A stretch of 64,000 nucleotides of DNA from an uncultured virus (IMG/VR IMGVR_UViG_3300036940_000262) (lineage: Duplodnaviria; Heunggongvirae; Uroviricota; Caudoviricetes), in IMG/VR virus record IMGVR_UViG_3300036940_000262; one strand, written 5' to 3'. Below, one piece after another: positions 29,631 to 38,333 of this stretch (positions within the stretch are counted from its first letter, which is position 1; each line of letters starts with the position of its first letter). The translations under genes were made by a program, and so were the position numbers. The notes beneath the pieces were generated by a model, which worked only from the letters and a program-made list of their open reading frames with translations, was not told the DNA's origin and ran no database searches.

Positions 29631-31340
29631 ATGATAGTAGGTACAAAGAAGGTATCGGTTTATTTGAAAGGTCTTGTCGGTAAGGATGATTTCTTATCAA
29701 CAACTATTGAGTCTATAATGGCTTCTATTCCGGAGAATCCAGAGGAGACAAAAAAGAACATTTTTGTAATCTCAAGTGATGATGTGAAGTCACCTAGAGT
29801 CAGACAACCTTTTGCAGATAGCCTTGAGCAGAAACATGAAGGGGTAAGAATCTTGTACATCGATAAAACACGTGCAGGATTACCTGGGCTAGACCCAGAG
29901 GATTTTGATATTGTCATTCCAAATCCACCAAAAGGCGATAAGCAGAAGATAAACGACGCTTTGCAGGATTTGATGAGAGATATCGATCAATACGAAAAAG
30001 GCGATAAGAACTTTTTGAGTAGAGAAAGTGTTGATGAGGATTATGAACCACCTACAACTGACTTATCTGAAGAGGATGAGACAACTTTATTAGAGGAAGA
30101 AGTTCAGCCTATTCCTCAAGTTGTTGAGCAAATTGAGTTGCCGATTGAACTTGTGAGTGAACCAATTGAGGAGTTACCTGCATTAGTTCCACCTAGTCAT
30201 GACGGTTATATGTACCATCTTAAGAAGATGGAGGGTGAGAGTTTAGGGGCAGCACTAATTCTTAGTGAATTTGCTAAAGCAGAGTTCTCAAGTAAAGAGA
30301 TTGAAGCGGAACTGCTTAAGGTTGATGTAAAGATTGAGGATGTCCTAAACAACAAAGAACTGTATGCTGAAGAAAAGTTAAACAAACTTAGTGAGCTGAC
30401 AGAGGAAAAGAATAAGCTAAAATCGGACAAAGACGAAGCAGGTGTATTATCCGTAGATAATATTATTGACCGATTAGTAGAGAGTGCCACAAATGATGAC
30501 GGTGCTTTAGACTCAGATAATAAACCGCCAATTGTAGCATTGATTGATGAAATGGCTAAAAGACTTGCTAAGGTGACAACTGAATTAACTGCTCTTGAGA
30601 GAAAACATCTTGAGGAAATGGCTGAAATGGAAGTTAAGATGGGTGAAATCAAAGCAGGGGTAGCAGGTGGATTTCAAAAGATTCGTGAGGAGAAGCCTAT
30701 ATTCAGCTACCATATTGTAACATCAGATATGGATAGCGTGTCCTTATCTTATATGTTGGCAAGACAAAGTAATGATTGGGGTAACAATGTTGCCTATATC
30801 GACTTGACAAATAGTGGTATGCTAGAGTGCTTTGTAAATGGAATTATTTCCGTAGAAGACTTGTTAACAGGGAACTTTGAATCAGGCGGTTTACTGGTGG
30901 CATCCTCTTATGACAACGACAACCCTTTCTCTCAGGTAGAGTTAGACATCGAATCGTTTAAAGAGATGCTAGAAGGGTTGCATAGTAAATTCAATGAAGT
31001 GGTTGTATCTGTAGGTTTAGATCAGCTTGAAAATATTGAAAAATTAAAAGAGTTAACAACAGTGTTTACTCATTTAATTGACTGTACTCCTGCAAACATC
31101 AGAGCTGAAAGGACTGCTTTTGGGGGTAATGAGGACTCACTTGACAGAGCAATCCTATTAAACTGTTTAGGTAATGCTGAGGTTATTAAAGATTCTTTAG
31201 GTATGTCAAAACATACTCTGGACAACTTGGTTGTGCTTGAGCCAATTAAGGAGATTCGAGAAAAAGTTTTAAACAATGAAGATCCTTTTGAAGTAGAGTC
31301 TGTACAACAGGTAGTAAAAGACATCTTTAACAGAGTTTAG
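29631..31340 (+). CDS. Hypothetical coiled-coil protein with possible degenerate ParA/MinD-like C-terminal fold
   Basis: Acidic linker and coiled coil; NVAYIDL strand but no intact Walker A. Confidence 0.6.
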   Translation: MIVGTKKVSVYLKGLVGKDDFLSTTIESIMASIPENPEETKKNIFVISSDDVKSPRVRQPFADSLEQKHEGVRILYIDKTRAGLPGLDPEDFDIVIPNPPKGDKQKINDALQDLMRDIDQYEKGDKNFLSRESVDEDYEPPTTDLSEEDETTLLEEEVQPIPQVVEQIELPIELVSEPIEELPALVPPSHDGYMYHLKKMEGESLGAALILSEFAKAEFSSKEIEAELLKVDVKIEDVLNNKELYAEEKLNKLSELTEEKNKLKSDKDEAGVLSVDNIIDRLVESATNDDGALDSDNKPPIVALIDEMAKRLAKVTTELTALERKHLEEMAEMEVKMGEIKAGVAGGFQKIREEKPIFSYHIVTSDMDSVSLSYMLARQSNDWGNNVAYIDLTNSGMLECFVNGIISVEDLLTGNFESGGLLVASSYDNDNPFSQVELDIESFKEMLEGLHSKFNEVVVSVGLDQLENIEKLKELTTVFTHLIDCTPANIRAERTAFGGNEDSLDRAILLNCLGNAEVIKDSLGMSKHTLDNLVVLEPIKEIREKVLNNEDPFEVESVQQVVKDIFNRV

Positions 31341-31359
31341 AAGTTTTAAACAAAAAAGT

Positions 31360-31383
31360 AAGAGGGCGAAAGCCCTCTTTTTG
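31360..31383 (+). terminator. Intrinsic terminator
   Basis: AAGAGGGC-gaaa-GCCCTCTT + T tract. Confidence 0.85.
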
Positions 31384-31542
31384 CTACAATAAACAAAAGA
31401 ACATATAAGCAAAAATAGTTATTTAATACAGGTATAGATTAAGTATAGAAACTTAAACAACTTGAGGGTGAGTTGGTACAGTACCTTTAAAATCAATATT
31501 AATATTTAGAGGGAAATTTTTAATCAAAAGAGGTGTAAGGGT

Positions 31543-32046
31543 ATGTGTATAAAAACGGATGTAGAGAGGTTATTTAGCCATTTTAATGGTAAAATAATGC
31601 AAAACGGTAAAGTGTATGGTGGGAGAAATGATTTAAGCGGAACACTAGCGGGGTACAAGGGTAGTATCTTTCGTCAAGGTGTTTATTTGTTAAGTGACAA
31701 AGTATTAAAAGAGGGTTATAAGTATCGAATGAGATGTTGTTCAGGTACTTTAGTATCAGAGAACGGATATGTAAGCCTCTATCTCAACGGTAATAAACTA
31801 GACAATTTTCAGAATAGCGTGCTTTTAAAGAGCAGGTTAAAATATAACTTAAGTGATAGACCTCAAAACTATAAGATTATGTTTTTATATAAAGAGTATA
31901 AAAATAAAAACAGAGGTAGTATTATACTTGGTTTTAAACTTATGCATTTGACAAAGAGAGAGATTGTAAAAGGTGACTATATGACTATGATAAATACGCC
32001 TGTCGTAGCAGTGAATTTAGGCAAGAAGGTAATGGAAGCTTGTTAA
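31543..32046 (+). CDS. Hypothetical basic protein
   Basis: ORF with GAGGTG RBS. Confidence 0.6.
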   Translation: MCIKTDVERLFSHFNGKIMQNGKVYGGRNDLSGTLAGYKGSIFRQGVYLLSDKVLKEGYKYRMRCCSGTLVSENGYVSLYLNGNKLDNFQNSVLLKSRLKYNLSDRPQNYKIMFLYKEYKNKNRGSIILGFKLMHLTKREIVKGDYMTMINTPVVAVNLGKKVMEAC

Positions 32047-32066
32047 CTAAATGAGAGAAGGTAAAT

Positions 32067-32753
32067 ATGGAATTTAATATTCATACAACAAAAGGTAAAC
32101 GAGAAGAAAATCAGGATACGTACTGGTGTGTAAAGCTAAACGTAGAGGGGTATGAGTTGTGTGTAGTTTGCGTATGTGATGGTATGGGTGGTTTAAACGA
32201 AGGTCGTTTAGCAAGTTCATTAGTTGCTAAAGCAGTCAGAGACTACTATACTGGTGGTAATTATGATTTTGAGGGGTTGCAAAGTGTCTTAGAGGATGTC
32301 AATAGAGAGATTTATATTAAGGGACTTAGTGTAGGTGCTATTGGAACTACTTGTACATTATTATCAACTTACAAAGGTCAGTACAAGATATTCCATACAG
32401 GTGACAGCAGATGTTATAAGGTGTCAAATCAAAATGTTGAGATACTGACTGAAGACCACTCAGCTCTTGCAAAATGTAGGCGAGAAGGCAAAGTATTAAC
32501 TCCTGAGAAAGAGAAGAAGTATAGAAATACTTTAACAAGAGCTTTAGGGGTATCTGGTGAGTTTAAAATAGACTACATTGATGGTGAATACAATCAAGAT
32601 GATCTGTTTTTAGTTTGTTCTGACGGTTTTTGGCATTATTTGCAGGATGATGATTTTAAGAGTGGTGAAATAAATAATCTCAAAAATTTAACTGGCAGAT
32701 TTATCGAATTGGGTGAGACAGATAACATAACAAGTATTGTATTGACAGTATAG
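32067..32753 (+). CDS. PP2C/PPM family Ser/Thr phosphatase
   Basis: GKREENQD; VCDGMGG; GTT; GDSRCY; LTEDHS; LTRALG; CSDG; DNIT. Confidence 0.93.
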   Translation: MEFNIHTTKGKREENQDTYWCVKLNVEGYELCVVCVCDGMGGLNEGRLASSLVAKAVRDYYTGGNYDFEGLQSVLEDVNREIYIKGLSVGAIGTTCTLLSTYKGQYKIFHTGDSRCYKVSNQNVEILTEDHSALAKCRREGKVLTPEKEKKYRNTLTRALGVSGEFKIDYIDGEYNQDDLFLVCSDGFWHYLQDDDFKSGEINNLKNLTGRFIELGETDNITSIVLTV

Positions 32754-32765
32754 AGAGGAAATAAG

Positions 32766-33011
32766 ATGAATACAAGAGGGTTTAAAAACGGTGATTTTGT
32801 AAAAGCGAGTGTTGCGTATGGTGGTAGTAAGAATTCAAGAACAGGGGTAGAGAAAAGTGGTATTGTTGAGAAATGTTTTCCATACTTTGCACTTGTTCAG
32901 TTTAACAAGTTTAAACAATGCTTTTTCTATAATGAATTATCAAGAGTAACACAATCGGAGTATAAAAAAAGTCATAATCAAAAGGTAGATTTTGTCTACT
33001 GTACAGATTGA
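32766..33011 (+). CDS. Small beta-barrel protein, weakly Veg-like
   Basis: EKSGIVEKCFPYFALVQF...FFYNEL pattern; resemblance only. Confidence 0.5.
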   Translation: MNTRGFKNGDFVKASVAYGGSKNSRTGVEKSGIVEKCFPYFALVQFNKFKQCFFYNELSRVTQSEYKKSHNQKVDFVYCTD

Positions 33012-33020
33012 GAGGTAGTT

Positions 33021-34148
33021 GTGCGTAGAGTTTTAGTAAAAGGTACAATTGTTTTAGAGAAGTACAAAATTATAGAAGTAGTAAACTCTGGAGGTATGTC
33101 AAACATCTATAAAGTTATTGACAATAAACTTGGTAAAGAGTGGTGCTTAAAGGAAATTATTAAGTCTAGAACTGCTGAAAGTGAATTAGAGTATCGCAGT
33201 TTAATTCAAGAAGCAAACATTATGAGATACTTAGATCATCCTAGCATACCAAGGATTGTCACAATAGAGGATACAGGTTCTTCTATATTTATTATAATGG
33301 ACTTCGTAAAAGGGTTGGATATAAGGAAAACAGTTGAAAAAGATGGTAAATTTTCTTTTGAAAGAACTGTTGATGTTTCTAAGCAAATATGTGATGTTTT
33401 AATTTATTTACATAGTTTAGAAAATCCTATCTTTTACAGAGATATGAAACCTTCTAATGTGGTATTGCAGGAGGATGGTAAGGTAAGGGTATTGGATTTT
33501 GGAATTAGCTTAGTTCTGAGAGGTGGGGATAAAATTGAAGAACCCCTAGGGACAAGAGGGTATGCTCCACCAGAACAAGCTAAAAAAGGCAGTAATTGCG
33601 ACTTAAGGAGTGATATCTATTCATTTGGTATGACAATGTACTATATGTTGACTGGCATAAATCCAAAAACAACAAAAGAAAAACTAAAACCAATAAGTTT
33701 AGCTTCAAACGAGTTTAATAATGACTTAGACAGTATTGTGTATAAGTGTATAGATGTAGATCCAGATAATCGGTATCAAACTGCACATGAACTTAAAGAG
33801 GCTTTATTAAAGTGCAAAAAAGAAGAACCTGAGGCAAGCAAAAAAAGTACTCCTAAAATAGTAGCAACGGTAGTATGTGCTGTAGCAGGGGTTTTAGGGG
33901 TAATACTTTCTTTAAAAACATTATTTGCTTTAATCTTGGCAGTTGGGGGGTTTGTGGCAATACCTTTAATTTGGTTAAAAGGCAAGAAACAAGTAAAATC
34001 TATAAAGAGAGAGAAGTTTGTAAAAAGCAGACCTACCAAAGAAATAGATTTACTTGACTTAATACCAGACAACGTTGTCAAAGAGGTGGAGGACAAGCCA
34101 TTAAAAAATATCTATATTGTTGAAGAATACACTAATCTATTTGATTAA
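33021..34148 (+). CDS. Membrane-anchored Hanks-type Ser/Thr protein kinase
   Basis: GGMS.IY; CLKE; YRDMKPSN; DFG; GTRGYAPPE; SDIYSFG; two C-terminal TM helices. Confidence 0.93.
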   Translation: MRRVLVKGTIVLEKYKIIEVVNSGGMSNIYKVIDNKLGKEWCLKEIIKSRTAESELEYRSLIQEANIMRYLDHPSIPRIVTIEDTGSSIFIIMDFVKGLDIRKTVEKDGKFSFERTVDVSKQICDVLIYLHSLENPIFYRDMKPSNVVLQEDGKVRVLDFGISLVLRGGDKIEEPLGTRGYAPPEQAKKGSNCDLRSDIYSFGMTMYYMLTGINPKTTKEKLKPISLASNEFNNDLDSIVYKCIDVDPDNRYQTAHELKEALLKCKKEEPEASKKSTPKIVATVVCAVAGVLGVILSLKTLFALILAVGGFVAIPLIWLKGKKQVKSIKREKFVKSRPTKEIDLLDLIPDNVVKEVEDKPLKNIYIVEEYTNLFD

Positions 34149-34170
34149 GATAACAGCATTTCAGTAATTC

Positions 34171-34207
34171 AAACTGGGGTGCTGTTTTTTATTATATGTG
34201 GTATAAT
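34171..34207 (+). promoter_or_regulatory. Element-specific promoter, variant box
   Basis: AAACTGGGGT(34171-34180), 21 nt, TATAAT(34202-34207). Confidence 0.65.
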
Positions 34208-34243
34208 AATCATCAGTCAAAAAAGGGAGGAGTGGGTTAAATT

Positions 34244-35227
34244 ATGAGTGAAAAGAAAACACCTGCAGATATTATTATTGAGAGATTTTTAAAGGATGTA
34301 GAAGCAACAGGAACATTGCCTTGGCAGAACCCAGACAAGATGTTTCAAGCTTTTAACTATTTTACTTTACGTCCTTATAGTGGGTTTAATAAGATAATCC
34401 TACCCTCTGGCGAGTATATGACAAAGAAGCAGATAGATGAGTACAACAAAAAGAACGAAACACACTATCTCTTTCAAAAAGGAATCAAGTGGTATACAAT
34501 CAGTTACAAGTCTGAAAAGAAGTATAAAATTTCTTTAAGCGATGTACAAAAACTCTTTCCTAATGTTTCTCAGACAACTTCTGCAGGACGTATTGGGTAT
34601 GAGTATCCATATTCCTATCATAAGTTGCTAGACGGAACATTTGAAAAGCGTAGAAGTATTTTATTGTATTCACAAGTAGCTGAAAGACAGCACTTTAAAA
34701 ATGAGCATGGTGAGATGTTGCCATCTCGGTATGATACAGGAGATATTAGATTTATAACGAGTGATGCGAATACTTTTATTAAAGACTACACCACTAGGGA
34801 AAAGATAAAAGTAAAGAAAAGTGAAGATGGGATTTATGAGTACGATGTTACAATGGATAAGATTGAGACAGCTACTCTTAATCCTAAAAACATTGACGAA
34901 TTTTGTAATATCTTTAGAGAGTTATCTCGTTCGACAGGTCATAGTAAAAGATTAGATAGAGAAGGGGTAACAAACTTAAATTTAGGTTTTGGTTCAGATG
35001 AGTATGCGATAGAGGAGTGTATTGAGGAGATAGCAACATCATTAATGTGTAATGAGTGTGGTTTAACTTCTTTCTCAGAAAGGTATACAGAGCAGTATAA
35101 GAACAGTGTCGAGTACATTAGAATATGGAAAAGCCGGATGCAGAACTGGGGTTCATCATTTATTTACATCGCTTCAAAAGCAGATGAATCTTTTAACAGA
35201 GTGTTAAGTGGTGGTTCAGATGAGTAA
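34244..35227 (+). CDS. ArdC-like ssDNA-binding antirestriction protein with degenerate zincin domain
   Basis: GTLPWQ.P...N..T.RPYSG.N...YMT.KQ (ArdC N); RELSRSTGHSKRLDR...FGSDEYA.EE...E (MPTase-like, HExxH lost). Confidence 0.8.
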   Translation: MSEKKTPADIIIERFLKDVEATGTLPWQNPDKMFQAFNYFTLRPYSGFNKIILPSGEYMTKKQIDEYNKKNETHYLFQKGIKWYTISYKSEKKYKISLSDVQKLFPNVSQTTSAGRIGYEYPYSYHKLLDGTFEKRRSILLYSQVAERQHFKNEHGEMLPSRYDTGDIRFITSDANTFIKDYTTREKIKVKKSEDGIYEYDVTMDKIETATLNPKNIDEFCNIFRELSRSTGHSKRLDREGVTNLNLGFGSDEYAIEECIEEIATSLMCNECGLTSFSERYTEQYKNSVEYIRIWKSRMQNWGSSFIYIASKADESFNRVLSGGSDE

Positions 35228-36875
35228 TGAATACACAATGATGGATAAAGCAACATTAGAAATCTTTGTAAAAGCAATTAATCCTTTAAGAGAGGCTATA
35301 GGCATATATTATAAAGATAACACAACTCAATTAAATAATGCTGTATTTAATTTTTATGAGAATCAGGGGTATATGGTGCTTGAAAACGCTACATCAGGCA
35401 ATTTTTTATTAAAAGTAAATCATCAGGACGAGTCAATGTTAGATTATCTAGGTTTTCAAGGGAGCTTTAAACCTGAGTATCTAAGGGGTAAAGTATTTAC
35501 AACGTTAAAAAAGCTTGTAGATACTTCACCTGTACCTATCAAACAGATTTCTTTTGAGGTCGGGGAGTTAATTAAGAGTGGGGGTATGAGACCTTCTCTT
35601 ATTGAGGCAGGGAGTTTTGAGATAGGGTTATTCAAAAATCCTCAAAAAAGTCGCAAGAGTAGTCCTAAAATTAAAGAAAAAGAGAAAGCGGTATCTGAGG
35701 GCACTTTAGATAAAAAACCTGTTAAAAAGGCTGTGAGAGCCAAAAAAGCGGAGGTTGAAAAAATTGACCGTTATCTGACAATGGTTGATGCAGGGGAGAA
35801 TAATTACAAGTATTACAGTATTAAAGTAAATGGTGATACGTTTGAAGCCACTTGGGGTAGAATGGGTGTAACTGGTAGAGTTATGGCAGGAAACAAAGTC
35901 TATCCAATAAAAGATTATTCAAAGAAGTATAATGAAAAGATAGCGAAGGGGTATAAAGACAGAACTGAAATTCTAACAAGTAGTGGTTCAGACGAGTCTA
36001 CAAGTGCATCAAAAGAAGCAACAATGCTGTATAATTTTCTTCTTAAATACTCAAAAGAGAGAGTTCACAGTACTTTAGTATCAGATAATCTTACTAAAGG
36101 CATGGTAGAACACTCAAGAAAGTTGTTAAATGATTTGTACAACTCCAACGATATACGGTCTTTCAACAATGTATTGTTAGAGTTGATGGCAATCTGTCCT
36201 CGTAAAGTAGATAAGGTAGAATCCCAACTAGCAAAGAGTAGACGAGATATTCCTTTTATTTTTGACAGAGAAGAAGACCTGCAAAAAGCTATGGAAGGGG
36301 TAGTCGGCAACGGTGGAGGAACATTAGATGCAGATGTATTAATGGCAACTGATGAACAAAGAGAGCAGGTACTTGATAAACTTTCTGATAAATTGAAGCC
36401 TAAAGTTGTAGATGTTTACAGGGTTAAACCAAACAGACAGCAAGTCAAGTTTGATAACTATATTAAACAAAGAAATATTACTAAAATCAAGCAGTTGTGG
36501 CATGGTAGTAGAAATGAGAACTGGATTTCTATAATTAGAAACAGTTTAAGTTTAAGTCCCAATGCTCAAATAACAGGTAAGATGTTTGGTAATGGTATTT
36601 ATTTTGCCCCATCAAGTATGAAATCATGGGGGTACACCTCTGGTGATGGTGCTTATTGGACAGGTGGGGGTAGTAAAGATGCTGTAATGGGTTTATATGC
36701 AACAGCTTATGGTGAACCTCACATCACTGAAAGAGCAGGTAAATTTACAGAGGACACTATTTATGGTAAAGATTGTGTTCATGCAAAAGCAGGTTCACAA
36801 CTCAGAAATGATGAGATAATCTATTATAATGAAGCGGCAATGGTGTTGAATTATATTGTAACGTTTAAGTGTTAG
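35220..36875 (+). CDS. WGR-domain poly(ADP-ribose) polymerase (PARP-like ADP-ribosyltransferase)
   Basis: NNYKYY...ATWGRMG...KYNEKIAKGYKD (WGR); helical region; LWHGS, GKMFGNGIYFA, KSWGY, LRNDEIIYY give the H-Y-E triad. Confidence 0.9.
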   Translation: MSNEYTMMDKATLEIFVKAINPLREAIGIYYKDNTTQLNNAVFNFYENQGYMVLENATSGNFLLKVNHQDESMLDYLGFQGSFKPEYLRGKVFTTLKKLVDTSPVPIKQISFEVGELIKSGGMRPSLIEAGSFEIGLFKNPQKSRKSSPKIKEKEKAVSEGTLDKKPVKKAVRAKKAEVEKIDRYLTMVDAGENNYKYYSIKVNGDTFEATWGRMGVTGRVMAGNKVYPIKDYSKKYNEKIAKGYKDRTEILTSSGSDESTSASKEATMLYNFLLKYSKERVHSTLVSDNLTKGMVEHSRKLLNDLYNSNDIRSFNNVLLELMAICPRKVDKVESQLAKSRRDIPFIFDREEDLQKAMEGVVGNGGGTLDADVLMATDEQREQVLDKLSDKLKPKVVDVYRVKPNRQQVKFDNYIKQRNITKIKQLWHGSRNENWISIIRNSLSLSPNAQITGKMFGNGIYFAPSSMKSWGYTSGDGAYWTGGGSKDAVMGLYATAYGEPHITERAGKFTEDTIYGKDCVHAKAGSQLRNDEIIYYNEAAMVLNYIVTFKC

Positions 36876-36907
36876 GTATACAATAAGGTGTGAAGGAGTA
36901 AACCGTT

Positions 36908-37036
36908 ATGGAAGTTCCGAATGTAGAGTGCGTGGGTTTTGGTTGTGAGTGCGATATTCAAACAGAAATGAAGTATTTCATCGACTGCGAAGAAGAACAG
37001 GAACAAACGGAAAAAGAAACAATCTTAACTACATAG
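36908..37036 (+). CDS. Small Cys-containing acidic peptide (42 aa; not in the ORF track)
   Basis: AAGGAG RBS; MEVPNVECVGFGCECDIQTEMKYFIDCEEEQEQTEKETILTT*; hairpin 37018-37047 follows. Confidence 0.5.
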   Translation: MEVPNVECVGFGCECDIQTEMKYFIDCEEEQEQTEKETILTT

Positions 37037-37065
37037 TTAAGATTGTTTTTATTTTAAAAAGTCTT

Positions 37066-37102
37066 GAACTAGGTAAAAAAGGCAGTCTAATTGTAGTATA
37101 AT
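37066..37102 (+). promoter_or_regulatory. Element-specific promoter (box-N21-TATAAT)
   Basis: GAACTAGGTA(37066-37075), 21 nt, TATAAT(37097-37102). Confidence 0.75.
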
Positions 37103-37133
37103 ATTGATAATAAATAAATTAATGGGGGACAGT

Positions 37134-37556
37134 ATGGAACTGTTATATACGGAAAAGCAAGTCAAAGGGGTAGGCGATGTAGTTATTAATGCGATTGGTG
37201 AAAACATCTCTGGAAAACCTTTATCTAATGAAGTTGAGAGTGCTTTAGATAAAAATTGGGAGTTGTCCAGCAATGGCATTAGTCGTCTACTAACAAATGA
37301 GAACATCGTTATGTTGGTAGAGTATGATGAGGAGATGGCTGACAGATACAACACTTCACTAGATTCATTGTACGATAAAATGTGGAAGGGTTTAAAAGAA
37401 CTTGAAGACCATGAGGAGTTTGACGATTTAAAGGTTGTTATCTGTAAAGATGTGGAATTTATGCATCAACATGAGTTGTATGTATTACTTCCTCTAGACT
37501 CAGACAATCAATTTGTAGGTATAGTTGAGGATATTGTATTTGACGCATTTTGTTAA
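37134..37556 (+). CDS. Hypothetical acidic protein
   Basis: GGGGG RBS before ATG at 37134, downstream of promoter. Confidence 0.65.
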   Translation: MELLYTEKQVKGVGDVVINAIGENISGKPLSNEVESALDKNWELSSNGISRLLTNENIVMLVEYDEEMADRYNTSLDSLYDKMWKGLKELEDHEEFDDLKVVICKDVEFMHQHELYVLLPLDSDNQFVGIVEDIVFDAFC

Positions 37557-37565
37557 AATATTTTT

Positions 37566-37602
37566 AAACTTGGTAGAATAAAAATAGAACTTAATGTATA
37601 AT
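37566..37602 (+). promoter_or_regulatory. Element-specific promoter (box-N21-TATAAT) upstream of candidate ncRNA-1
   Basis: AAACTTGGTA(37566-37575), 21 nt, TATAAT(37597-37602). Confidence 0.72.
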
Positions 37603-37609
37603 AGTATCA

Positions 37610-37795
37610 TAAAGTGGTTGAGGCGGCACAGAAATCTGTTTCCACTTTTATACAGCACATTATTAATGTCTTGTAATTACAGATTGGGATATCAGTTGTT
37701 CCTGTAATCACAACTGATACTTCTTCTTTTCTTATTTCATTTACCACCATCAATATTAAGCTTGTGATTGGGTCATATTGATGGTGGGCTTGCAA
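37610..37795 (+). ncRNA. Candidate structured ncRNA-1 (short paralogue)
   Basis: No RBS or ORF after promoter; stems AAAGTGG/CCACTTT, TATCAGTTG/CAACTGATA, CCACCATCAATAT/ATATTGATGGTGG; motifs shared with ncRNA-2. Confidence 0.55.
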
Positions 37796-37835
37796 TCAAC
37801 GATAATGTTTATATAAAATATTTTTAAAGATATCT

Positions 37836-37872
37836 AAACTAGGTATTACAAAAATAAAACATATCGTATAAT
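37836..37872 (+). promoter_or_regulatory. Element-specific promoter (box-N21-TATAAT) upstream of candidate ncRNA-2
   Basis: AAACTAGGTA(37836-37845), 21 nt, TATAAT(37867-37872). Confidence 0.75.
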
Positions 37873-37879
37873 ATTAAAT

Positions 37880-38314
37880 ATAGGGTGGTTGAGCCAATGT
37901 AGATTAGTTTCTGTTCCCACTCTTTAGTAAATAGCGTAATCTTTATTGGGTTATAAAGATTACGCTGAACAAATCCCTACAGAAATATGTAGTGGCTATC
38001 AATTCTAGACAAGGTAGTCAACTGTTTTTGAAAAAAAGGGTTCTCGTAATTACAGAAACATTTTTTGTAAAGGGATGGTTGCGCGAAGGCAATAAACCCT
38101 AGACAGGTTACCGTTAGTATCTGCGGTTGAACTCTGCTGAAGCATTAGAAGTTAGAGATGTAAGAAGATGTTCCGGTACATCAGTAGTGAACTGAGTACT
38201 CCATCGTTAAAGAGAGACACTTGCGAGGTACTGGATTGGTAGCTATCTCTGTAATCATCAACTACCAACTTTATAAGAGACCGCACAGTTAGTATATCCT
38301 GTGCGGTCATTTTT
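37880..38314 (+). ncRNA. Candidate large structured ncRNA-2 (~430 nt)
   Basis: Promoter-to-terminator unit without a credible ORF; many stems, including 14-bp AGCGTAATCTTTAT/ATAAAGATTACGCT, AGGGTT/AACCCT and TTGGTAG/CTACCAA. Confidence 0.65.
38279..38314 (+). terminator. Intrinsic terminator closing ncRNA-2
   Basis: GACCGCACAG-10 nt-CTGTGCGGTC + ATTTTT. Confidence 0.75.
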
Positions 38315-38333
38315 CATCAATAAGAGGTAATAT

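Noticed and set aside
29631..31340. ParA partition ATPase
   Set aside because: No intact deviant Walker A motif and no ParB neighbour
37607..37795. 62-aa minus-strand ORF over ncRNA-1
   Set aside because: No RBS, opposite to the promoter, and the sequence is better explained by RNA stems
37880..38314. Assignment of ncRNA-2 to tRNA, tmRNA, RNase P, a group I/II intron, a retron or a riboswitch
   Set aside because: No cloverleaf/CCA end or diagnostic conserved motifs recognised, no interrupted host gene and no reverse transcriptase nearby
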